Shown piece after piece: positions 53,133 through 64,000 of a stretch of 64,000 bases of DNA. The notes under the pieces were generated by a model. The model saw only the letters and a list, made by a program, of their open reading frames with translations. It was not told the DNA's origin and searched no databases. The position numbers and the translations under genes were made by a program. The stretch comes from Geosiphon pyriformis uo1 (taxonomy: Eukaryota; Fungi; Glomeromycota): positions 186,001 through 250,000 of the forward strand of contig JAAOMT010000684.1 of assembly GCA_016748015.1 (NCBI GenBank), read 5' to 3'. Every line of letters begins with the position of its first letter. The stretch's first letter is position 1.

Positions 53133-54169
53133 TGTTGTTTTGATTGGCCTGAATGGCTGGTTACATGTGGAAAATGCATGATTCGCACCTAATTTAGATC
53201 AATTATTTGATGTATTTTATTAGGTAGTGTTTAGACTTCACTCAATAAACATAATAAAAAAAAAAAATAATGTTTTTTATAAAATTGTCAAAATTTATAT
53301 TGTTTTCTATTGTATAAGTAATTATTTCTATTTGTTACAATAATTAAAAAAACACTTTGCAGTAAACAATAAAAATAATTTCAATTACATTAAATTTAAT
53401 TTTTTGTCTTTTTGCTTGATTTGTTTTTTTATTAAAAATCAATCTAATAAATAATTCCAAGACTTTTAAAACTCGTTTTATAAATAAACATTTAGTTAAA
53501 TTTTATATAGTTTACTTAATATATTTTTTAACCAAGCTTATTTTAAAAATTTATACAAAAAAAAACAATAATATTAATTTATTCTTTTATGTAGTAATTT
53601 TTAAACAAATATATTGTGAATTTAAGCACTTAAATTACTAAATTTACATTTAAATAGCAGTTATTAATTAGTTAAAACTTTTTTTAAACCAAAAAAACGA
53701 TTAAATAGTGCTTATATTTATTTATTTTTAAATAATTTAAATACAATATTTAGAAACTTAACTTATAACCTCATAATTAATTTTAAAAAAACTTTCAACA
53801 AAAAAATAATATTTTACTATTTTTTTTAGACATATAAACTGTTTTAAAACAATAAAACAATATTTTATTGTTTTTGTATAAAGATAATACATAAAACTCA
53901 ATTAAATAGTTAAGTAATTTTGAAATAGCAATTACATAAACCAATATAATGATACATATAAGCTTTAAATTATTGGTAAATATCTTTATAAATATTTTGT
54001 TATTTAATTTTTTTAAGTAATTAATACACTTATCAATTTAAAAGTAATTTATTAATTATTAATTAACAATTAAGATAATATTTTATTTATAATTTGGTTT
54101 AAACAAAAATTGAAAACACCAATTATAATTTTTAATAAATAAAACTGAAAAATCAAGATTTTAAAAAAT

Positions 54170-54312
54170 TGTAATTTAATATGCTAAAGCAATTTGTAAA
54201 CTAATTAAATAAATAAATATTAACTAAAAAACAAAAAATTCACTTCTTTATAAAAGAATTAAAAATAGATTTATTATACGTTTTTTGACTTTTTTTGGCT
54301 TTTAAAAACAAT
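54170..54312 (+). pseudogene. Fossil retrotransposon gag-like segment inside an AT-rich block
   Basis: Reads YAKAICKLIK*IN...KQKIHFFIKELKIDLLYVF*LFLAFKNN; homologous to 28450-28560 (-). Reverting transitions gives a gag-like F-x-x-G-L-x-x-x-L motif. Confidence 0.6.
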
Positions 54313-54831
54313 ACAAAAAAACCAATAATTTTAAAAACTTAAATATAAATTATGTTTTAATTAGTTTTAACATCCATCTTATAATTAAAATTAGAATTTA
54401 TTTGTATATTATTGTTATAAAATAATTGAACATTGTTTAAAAAATATAATAATTTACTTTTATCTTTATTAGTATTTAAAAACAATAATATATAAAACAA
54501 TAATACTTTTAATAATATTAAATATTTAACTTAGATAAATATAATAATAAAATACAATATTATAAAAAAACTAATTATTAAACATTAATATTTTTTTAAA
54601 TTTATTTAATAATAATTTTAAATTATAAATTAACTTAATTATTAATATTTTTATTATATATTATTTTATATTTATTAAATTTTAGATAAAAACAATACTT
54701 ATTAAATTATATTTAACAACAAAAAAAATTAACTATTTTTTGAAAATTATTAAATTAAAATTAGAAAAATTGTGATTTATAATATATACACTAATTTATT
54801 AGTTACATATTTTAAAAAATTCCAAAAATAC

Positions 54832-55078
54832 TGGTGTGGTCAGGATGCTCGGCATTATCGAGTCTTTTGCTGTTAGTTTTGGCCGTTACAAACTGTGCCC
54901 TTTTTTTTCTGGTTTAGATTATGACGTGCATGTTAGTATAAGTGAGTAGTGTTGTCTTGTCTGGCCTGAATGGCTAGCCACATGTAGTAAGTGCGTGAGT
55001 CGCGTTTAGTTTGAGCCACTTAGTTTGGTTCTATGTACTAGGTAGTGGTTGGGCTTCACTCAATGAACAGTAAAAAAA
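54832..55078 (+). mobile_element. Severely 5'-truncated LINE insertion
   Basis: TSD aaaaatac at 54824-54831 and 55079-55086; encodes GVVRMLGIIESFAVSFGRYKLCPFFSGLDYDVHVSISE*, the ORF2 end; family 3' UTR and poly(A). Confidence 0.9.
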
Positions 55079-57049
55079 AAAAATACCAGAAATTTTAAGA
55101 ATGCTAAAAATTCAAAAATATTATAAAAAATATTAAGAATACAAAAATAATTAAAAATTCTAAGATATTTTATATTACTAAAAATATATTTAACAAATTC
55201 AAAATCTAAAAATTTAGCAGTTAAAAATTTATATATTATTTAAATTATTAAATAAACTTTATTGTAATAATTCGAAAAAATTTATAATCTTATTTATTAT
55301 TTTAAAATACTTATTTTTTTTGTATTATTTTGTAAAATAACAGATATTAAAAACATAAATTTATTAACTTTACTTTATAAAATAAATAGTTTTTAATATT
55401 AATTATTGTTAAAATACTAATTTATTTTATTTTATTTTGTTATTATATCAGTATTGAACTAATTAATTAAAAAAATAAATATTAAGATTATAATATTATA
55501 AATTGTCTAATAAAAAACACCAAAATAAAATTAATTATTATGCCAAAAAAGTAAAACATCAAATATTATTAATTATCAGATTATTGAATTATTGTTTTTT
55601 ATATAAAAAACTTAAAATCAAAGTTTTGAATTAAGTAATTATATTACCAAATTATAGAAAATAATTCAATAATTCTATTTGTAATATTAAGTACATTAAA
55701 ATATATAATATCTGTAAAAAAAAGTTTAATAAAAAAGAAAACATTTATTTAATATTTAATGATTAATTTTTTAATAAATTGAAATTTATTATATTTTATT
55801 TTTAACAAAAATTTCTAATAATAACAAATATATTATAAAAATTATTAATAATTTTATATAATAAATAAAAGCAAAATTATCCTTAATTAAACAATAATTT
55901 TTATTGCCAACTTTTATATAAAAATATTATGTTATTATAATTACATCAAAAAACTTTTATCTAACAAAAGAAAGTTTTTTTGGAATATTAATTAAAAAAC
56001 TGTGTAAAAAAAAAATAATATAATTTTTTTTTTATTATTTTTTAAACAAAAAACTTTGTAAAAAAATTCAATAAAATATTATATATAAAACATTAATTAA
56101 ATCAGCAAAAAAACAAATTTATAAAATAAAATATTGTTTTTAATCTTATTTATTTAAATTATAATATATTAAATTATAAATTTTTTTATTTGCTTTATAA
56201 AAAAAACTTGGTATTATTTTGAATGTATTTTTAAGAAATAAAGCAGTTTTAAAAAATATTACAAATAATCTGATTCATTACTTCTTATTATAATAATACC
56301 AGCTTTAATAATTAGCAAAATTAAATATAAATAAATACACTATTTTTTGAATAAATATATTATTAATTATTATAAAAATTTATTTATAAATTAAAACATT
56401 TAAAATATTATTATTACTTTCATAAGTATTTAATAATTAATTATATAAATATTATCTTAATTATTAAAAAACAGATTGCAATAATTAATATAATAAATAT
56501 ATATATTATTATTAAATACAAAAAAAAAATTATTAAAAAAACACAAAATAATAATAAGTTAGATAAATATATACTTAAATACATAACAGCAAAATTATTA
56601 TTATCTTTAATACACTTAAAAAAATACTTAAAAAAATTTTTTTATTAACAGAAATTTGTTACATAAAAACAATTAGAGCTTTATAAATACTTTAAATAAA
56701 ATTAGAGAGAACATAAAAGTTTGATGAAAATAATTTTAAAAATCTAAGCAAAAATCTTATTTTATATCATTTTTTATATATTTTATTACCAAGAAACTAA
56801 TTAAATAACTTGATTTTATAAAAGCATAAACTTTTTAAAAAAAATAATATTCTATGTACTAATTACTTGATATTACATAATTAAACATCTTACTTGTAAA
56901 TAGAATTATTAATCTAATTATTAATCTAAAAATTAATTTAATTATTAACTTTATTATTAATTTAATTATTAATCTATCATTAAATTTTTTTAACAATTAT
57001 ACAAGCAAAAATATTTTCAGCCATAAATAAAGCAATTATGTAATATATA

Positions 57050-57864
57050 TTTTTTTTTCGTTTAATGAGTGAAGTCCAAACACTACCTAGTGTAATACAT
57101 CATTAAATGATCTAAACTAGACATGAATCATGCTTTTTCTACACATGACCAGCCACTCAGACCAGTCAGAACAACACTACGCACTTATATGAACAGAAAC
57201 CTCTTCACAAGCACCAGAAAAAAACAAACAGGGCCTACAAAACTTGAAACGAACGCCAATTGCATTAGCAATCCCTAATAATCTAACAACACCTGCTGAA
57301 AAATCCATAGAAAAACCAGAAACAGAGGCAGAAATGGAACCATCACAAGGAATTAGCCCATCTTTCTCCATCACAGCCCGGTATCTCGCACGAACCAACC
57401 AGATTTTATTCCGAAATACAGCACAAAACTCACTCACAAAGAACACCATATTACAAGCTGCTACTCTGGGATTCTTAAAAATAGAAACAGATTCACGATA
57501 CCAATCATTGAAAATAAATCCTTTACATAGTACCACCCCAACCACACAATTCGAAGCACAAGTGGACAGTAACTGTGAAACACACGAAAAAGAACGAGAT
57601 AAACCAGAGCGTGCCTCCCAAGCAGCCACAAAAGTGTTCATCAAATGCTCATGGCCAACAGCGTCAAAGGAGCAGGAAAAAACATGGTCAGAAATCTCAA
57701 CATCACCACAGAATAAGCACACTACACTGGGATAACGCCTATTATATAGACGCTTACGCACAGCAACAGGAAGTCGATGATGCAGAGCCTTCATGAAATA
57801 AGTCCGAAAGCCAGCAGTATGCAAACTAGTAAAGCCAGCAGCCATGTGGAAATCCGGATGCCAC
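57050..57864 (-). mobile_element. 5'-truncated LINE with an uninterrupted ORF2 C-terminus
   Basis: ORF 57177-57845 (CLFCGDVEISDHVFSC) is homologous to the ends of both long copies; family 3' UTR; poly(A) at 57050-57058; interrupted at its 5' end by the LTR-like insert. Confidence 0.92.
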
Positions 57865-58855
57865 TGTTACCAGAGGTTTTTGGTCTCTTCTTAGCTCTTG
57901 TATGTTTGTTGTAATGCTGTTAATTTACGATTATGGGAAGTGTTTGAACCTCCGATAACTGAATTTATCCTCAAATTATCTCCTATAATTTGAGCTGCTG
58001 GGCTTATGAGTGGAATGGCCAATTCCTTGCCAGTTGCTTTTATGTAGTTATGTTGTAGTAAACGTCAACTCTTTCCCAGGAATTGCTCGTCTGGAAGCTC
58101 ACTAAAAATGTGTAGTTACTTTGCTATGAAAGTCAACTCTTCTACAGGAATCTCATCTGTAGGCTACCCTAATGATTGTAATAAGAAAATAAAAGAAAAA
58201 TAAAAGAAATGTAAAAGAAATAGAATTTTTTTTATTTTTTACGCTTTTTATTCAGGCCTGGAGTCACTAACAGTTTACTGAAATNNNNNNNNNNNNNNNN
58301 NNNNNNNNNNNNNNNNNNNNNNNNNNNNNNNNNNNNNNNNNNNNNNNNNNNNNNNNATCAATTTCAAACTGTTTAGTAGGAATTAGTTAATTTCAAAAGT
58401 GAAATAATTCAGGATTTGATTTTTCGAATTATTTGATATTTATTTTGTTTTTGTGTGTAAAAGATGATTCTAATTGTTAAATCTAAAGTAAGATATATTT
58501 TCTCGAAGAGAGAAGCTCTTCTTTTATACAACTTGTCGTAACACTATTCTATAAACTTGAACTTTGCTATTTTCTACAATTTCGCTGAACTAAAGATACA
58601 TTTCGGCGAACTACAAGTTATTTCTGCGAACTATTAGATATTTCGGTGAACTATCAATTATTTCGGCAAATTTCTATAAATTTTGGTGAACTTTTGAATG
58701 TTACATAGTTGTGTACAATTTGGGTTATTAATTAAATGATAATTTCGGACATTTTTGCTAATGTAATAAGTGATAATTTGAAACGATGCTAATTAATAAT
58801 AGGAATTATAAGATAATTTTATGCTAAATAATATCTCTAATTTCGTCTGGTAACA
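57865..58855. mobile_element. LTR-like insertion (solo LTR or collapsed LTR retrotransposon) spanning a 72-N gap
   Basis: Termini TGTTACCAGA...TCTGGTAACA (10-bp inverted repeat, TG...CA); 4-bp TSD CCAC at 57861-57864 and 58856-58859. Confidence 0.85.
58580..58700. repeat. Six ~20-bp tandem units with core TTTCGGCGAACT inside the LTR-like element
   Basis: tttcgctgaactaaagataca / tttcggcgaactacaagtta / tttctgcgaactattagata / tttcggtgaactatcaatta / tttcggcaaatttctataaa / ttttggtgaacttttgaatg. Confidence 0.85.
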
Positions 58856-59849
58856 CCACACTGAAAATTTTTTTATCTTCAGATTTTTCAAAAAAAATTA
58901 AGTAATTGTATTTTTAAAACTAATTATTTATATTGAATTTTTGTAAATTCAATTGCTTTTTTATTGAATTTTTTTAATTATTTTCTATTATCTTTAATAA
59001 TTATTTTATTTACTATTTGTTAACTTATTATTCAAATCTACAACAGAAATATTATTAATAATATTAAATTATTAATAATTATAATAATATTCAAATACTA
59101 TTATTATATATTATTAGTTTAATAAAATGTTAAATAATAATAATTTAAAGTTTTAAAAAACACAGAATTAATAATATATAGAATACAAATAAAACTATTT
59201 TTCTAAATTATAAAAAGTTTATTATTATATTTAATAATAATAAAAGTTGTCTTTTGATTACCATAATCTTTTTGTGTATTTTAAAACAACTTTTAACCAA
59301 AAAAATGTAATGCTAAAAAAAATATTAACCATTTACAATAATAATAATTTTTATTGAAATAAACATGTTTTAAAATAATATTATAATTAATTTTATTTAA
59401 TATCTTATTTAATTGATTTAGTTTTATTATTTATTTATTTTATTATTTGGTTTTTTATATTTTAATTTAGTTTTTGTTTTTAACAAAAAGTTATTAATTT
59501 TATTTAATAATTCTTGGCTATATAAACAATATTTATTTATTTTTAATTTATATATATAACTGAAAATTTAATAAGAAAACAAATATATTTTAAGATTTAT
59601 TATAAATTATTTTTTAACTTCGAATATTTCAAAATTGGTAAAATTATTGTAAAAATTAAAAAATTTATAAATATAATATTAAGTTTTAAATTATAATAAT
59701 TATGTTATATATTATTCAAAGTCTTTATATAAACAAAAATGACTTAATAATAAAAATTAAGTCAAAATTTTAATAATAAATATTATATAGTAATTTCATT
59801 ATTTTTTTAATTTATTAATATAAAAATTCTACAAATATATATACATATA

Positions 59850-59965
59850 TTTTTATTATTTTATAAGTGAAATTCAACCACTATTTACTGCAATACAACA
59901 AGAAAGTAAATGTGGCTCATGCGTTTTTTACATGTTACACACCTTATGTGACGACCCAAGCCAAT
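59850..59965 (-). mobile_element. Short LINE 3'-UTR relic
   Basis: Reverse complement ...acatgtaaaaaacgcatgagccac...tgtattgcagtaaatagtggttgaatttcacttataaaataataaaaa resembles the family 3' UTR and tail. Confidence 0.55.
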
Positions 59966-62900
59966 GTAAAAGCAAATATATACAACAAATAAAAAATAAG
60001 AAAATCAAGCAAAAGCTAAAACATTAAAAAATTAAATGTAATTACTTATTAATTATAATTATTATATATTAAATACTACGTAATTAGAAATTTAACTATC
60101 TAAAAGCAATTAATTTTCATTTATATAAAATTTTAACAACTTAAATTATTTAAAAAATTAATGTTCCTTTTTTATTAATATTGGGTAAAAATAGTAGAAA
60201 AACAATCTTAAAACACTAGTAATCAAATTAAAATAAATTAATAATGATAAACTTAATATTTTAAAATTGTATTAAATGTAAATTATTAGACATAAAGCAA
60301 ACATGTAATAAATTGATAGAATTAATTAAAAATCATTGAAGAAAATAATTCATTAAATTTGCCTAAAATTATGGCTTTTAATAAACATAGTTATATTTTT
60401 AATATTTTAGTTGATTTTATTTTATTTAAAAAAATTTTTATTACAATAAAAAGTTTTATAATTAAATTAGAAATGGGCAAAGATAAGCATAAATAAAAGT
60501 TAAAAAATAATAATTTATATAAATTAAAACTGAAGATTTTTGTCAAAAAAAAGAGATTACATAAAATAATTTTAATTTAAAAAATATAATTATAATTAAT
60601 TATATTTTTTAAATTAAAAATATAATAATAATAATATAGGTAGAAAAATATAATGGTAATTTTAATTGTAAGTTTCTGATAATGATAGTGTTTTAATTAG
60701 AAATAATTTAAAAGTTTAGTCAGCAATTCTTAAAATTTCATATTATATTTTAAGTTTTTAAATTATTTTACTGTTCTAATTTTTTTAATAATTAATTAGC
60801 AATTGACAAGATTTAGTAATAATATAATAATTACCAAAAAAAATTCACAATAAAGTTTTGTTTTTAAATATATATTTTTAAAATCTGATCAGCATGTTTT
60901 ATTTTCATTAAAAATAAATTGGGGAAGTTTTTTGAAATAATTATAATTTAATGAAATATTGGAATAAGTTAAAAAATATTTTTAATATTTGCTATAAAAC
61001 TTTTAGCAATTGAACATTGAATTCTTTCAGATTGTTGTTTCGATCGAGCTAAAAAACTTTAATTGGATATCGATCTCAACTTCAGAAAATCAAGACACGT
61101 TTTTCTGTGAAGCAGAACTAATAATATTCGCAATATATCTTGAAGGCAATTTCTAATTCTAAACAATATTATAGCTCTCAAAACTGAAGTTGAATATAGG
61201 GGAAAGTCAAAAAGACGATTTATATTTAAGAGTTATGTAGCAAAAATAATTTTTGGCTTTACAAAAAAGTTTTATGGTTTGATCAACATGCGGTTTTTGT
61301 ATAGAGGTAAAACAATCGTTCAATTCATATGAAACTTCAACATAATTTATATTTTTTAAAGGAAATTACTTTCTAAAATTAATGTCTGTAAGTTTATCGG
61401 TTGAAATGATAAAAGATTAAAGGGCTTATTTTGATTTGTGGGTAAAAGCGATGGGATAAGCTATTCTTCTAGAATATGGCGTAATTTCATCTTTTATTAC
61501 TGATAACGATGCTTAAATCTAATAAAAGTAAGCCAAATTCTGGGTCACAAACTCTGTGTTCTCACTTTCGGATCAGTAATAAAGTTTTTTTTTTTTTTTG
61601 GAAATACAGGTACTATTTATTTTAAAAATTCCCTTTAGTACCAAAAAAAACATTGAATATAATTTTTTTTATTCCTAAATTGTGAGATTTTACAGTTGTC
61701 TTTGAGCAACACATACTATAGTCTAAACCAACACTTTTCTAAAAACATTTTCATAAAGCGAATCAATTTGTTCAAAAGACCCTCATTTCTGATTTTCTAT
61801 TGGTTCCAGATAGGATCGGGTAACGAAATGTTTGGAAACGATCTTAAAAGCCCATTCAAAACAACGTTTACTATCGTCATGTCGGATTCAATAACTTTCT
61901 TGTTTTGGTAGGTTCCACATAATTGACTCCTTCATTTTATCTCCTTCTCCGGACTTGTAAAAGTTCATTTGACAAAAATGGCATCAAAAAATCGGGTTAG
62001 GTTGCACTTATCTTTGACAGTTAATCCAAACAAATTGAAACACTTAATAGATCTCTTGTCCTCCAAATAAATGAACCTCCGAAACCTTTGTAATCTTATG
62101 CTATCCAATGTAAGTCGAAAAAAGCTTAAAAGATTTTTCCGGCTACAAACATTTCATATTCTCATTCAAGATTACCCGATTCTTTAAAATGTTAACAGCC
62201 TTGGTCGATTATAATACGTTTTTAAGAGTCAAATGACGTTTAAAAGGCCTCTTTTGTCGCAGGGAAAAAGTTGAGTTTTTTAACACAGACTAATCAAAAT
62301 TTCTTTAAGAAAAACATGGGTTGGCTGTTCTTGGATGAGTAAGTTTGTCATGTTAGATGCCCCGATTAACGATATGAAAAATTATCCAAAAAAACATTTT
62401 TAGTTTCAAATTCTTTTCTTTTGTTTTAATGAACGCAATGCACACGGAGAAGGCACAAAAGTTATCGATGCGTTCCGAGGGATAGTCCACGTTTTTAGGA
62501 ATGTACCATTCGGCGCGCTAAGCTATATTATTGTGATAAAGATAAATCGAATGGATAAATTTGCCTTGCTAAAGCATGTTTCACATTAATTATGAGCCAT
62601 TGCTAATAATTTCTATATGGTATAACAAAGAGCCAAATTTAATTAAAGTGGACCCAATTGTTGGCCTTAAAGGAAGAAATGTGTGTTTTGTATGCAAGAC
62701 ATCTGTAACATTTGTTAGGGTTTCCTTTATTGCTGGCGTAAAGGGCTAAATCTCAATTGCTTTGGGAATAAAGATAGGGGTTTCTACGGAAAATGTTTTC
62801 TTCTCATGCTTAACACAGGCTCGGGGGGACATATTAGTCCTCTCGATGATACAAATGTCATTTTTTGGGACTCATTAATTAATAAATTACTACGGCTAGT

Positions 62901-62978
62901 TTGCCTTACTAATCCAATTGTGCATAAAAGGATCTCAGTTCAAAAGAATTTTCTCCTTAAAGCAGTGAAAAAGTTATA

Positions 62979-64000
62979 ATGGCCTTGAACAATTATAATC
63001 AATCAAATAGCCCAAATAGTCCTGCTTCTGCAATAGAGGTTAATTCTTTGACTCCAAATGATCCAAGGGTTAGAGATAGTATTACAACTGTTGTAGATTT
63101 TAACATATCTGAATTACGTGCTCAATATGGTGAAGGTTCTATATCACGATCTGACACTATCGAAACATTAACCGAAAAGATCGATGAAAAATACTTGAAA
63201 AAAACTTTAAATCCCGTTTCCGAAAGGATACAAAAGTTTACCAAAGCAAGCCTAAAAGCCATTGAAGTTATAGAGCCCCCAAACCATGAATTTGAAGATA
63301 ACACTCAAGTTCCTAAACTTTCTTATTTGAAAGTTTTCCTTCTATTTCTAAAGTTTGGGATTAGTTCATGGGGTTCCTCAGGTGCAGAGGTGAGCTTTTT
63401 TAAGCATGAATTTGTAAAGAAACAGGCATGGATTAGTAAAAAGCGATTCAAAAGAGTTTATTCAGTGTAGGTCTTTATCAATGCAAATATTCCCGTTTGA
63501 AAATTCGACTAAATGCTAAAAGCTATATTATTTTCTTAAGATACAATTTTCTCCCTGGTCCAATATCTGTGGAACTCGCAATGTATTTCGGTTGTTTGAC
63601 TGCAGGCCGGCTCGGAGGTGTTTTGGCTGGTCTATCATTCATTTTACCTGGCTTCCTACTTACCGTTTTAGTCTCATATTTTTATGTCTGGATAGGCAAG
63701 GACAACAAATATTTCAATGCTTCCTTTCTCGGAATACAACCTATGGTGGCTGCTATGGTTTTACGAGCGGTTCATGAAAAGGGTTCACATGCTTTTATAT
63801 CACATAAAACCAAAAAGTTCAGTTACTGGCTTTTTGCTTTTGCGATAATATCAGCTATTCAAAGCGCCTTTCGAATGAACTTTATAATTATTCTAGTTGT
63901 CCTTGGTCTGAGTTACGTTTGCGTTCATTCGAAAAATTATTGGTGTGCTATAATGATCCTAGTCATCGAAATGACGTGTTATACGATCCACATCGCTAAA
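62979..64000 (+). CDS. Chromate ion transporter (CHR/ChrA family), 3'-partial
   Basis: LSYLKVFLLFLKFGISSWG...EFVKKQAWISKKRFKRVYSV, intron 63466-63540, then YNFLPGPISVELAMYFGCLTAGRLGGVLAGLSFILPGF...GIQPMVAAMVLRA; open to the window end. Confidence 0.9.

Larger units (their letters stand above)
46626..53262 (+). mobile_element. Full-length, inactivated LINE (ORF1 + APE-RT-RNase H-ZnF ORF2), copy 2
   Basis: Same 5' start (aaaacttttttt) and 3' UTR + poly(A) as copy 1; possible low-complexity TSD aaaaataat at 46617-46625 and 53263-53271; colinear ORFs. Confidence 0.95.

Noticed and set aside
53130-53250. Self-cleaving ribozyme in the LINE 3' UTR
   Set aside because: No CUGAnGA...GAAA hammerhead core, and the stem order does not match HDV topology. 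Kept only as a structured element.
58580-58700. CRISPR-like array of palindromic cores with variable spacers
   Set aside because: Units are only 20 bp with 8-9 nt spacers, the cores are degenerate, no cas genes are present, and the context is a eukaryotic LTR.
3073-64000. Metal/stress gene cluster (CYSTM-like, GLO1, Cys-tail membrane protein, CHR)
   Set aside because: Genes are spread over 60 kb, separated by TE blocks and unrelated genes, with no shared motif seen. Probably coincidental unless synteny says otherwise.

Overview
Eukaryotic, intron-rich fungal DNA. Gene structure and transposon types look like Glomeromycotina/Mucoromycota; the retroelement peptides recall Geosiphon-type sequences, but that is recollection, not a search result. 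The window alternates gene islands with extremely AT-rich blocks. Genes reconstructed by hand across GT-AG introns: a partial membrane protein with a possible ENaC/PAC-like start, a CYSTM-like peptide head-to-head with COQ9, a very large protein fusing a Pol-beta-type nucleotidyltransferase to ankyrin repeats, a SWIRM+JAMM (MYSM1-like) deubiquitinase, single-domain glyoxalase I, a membrane protein with a Cys/Asp/Gly tail, an orphan 7-TM protein and a partial CHR chromate transporter. Mobile DNA: two full-length dead APE-RT-RNase H LINEs, five short 3' LINE pieces, a Tc1-type element plus a deletion derivative, and an LTR-like insert nested in a LINE. Best leads: (1) the AT blocks are retrotransposon fossils destroyed by C>T/G>A transitions, including non-CpG contexts, suggesting RIP-like genome defence in a lineage where canonical RIP is not established; (2) the NTase-ankyrin protein as a candidate sensor-effector; (3) a covarying, possibly pseudoknotted LINE 3'-UTR RNA structure. 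Two N gaps limit interpretation, and one 836-bp duplication is an assembly artefact. All alignments and compositions were judged by eye.
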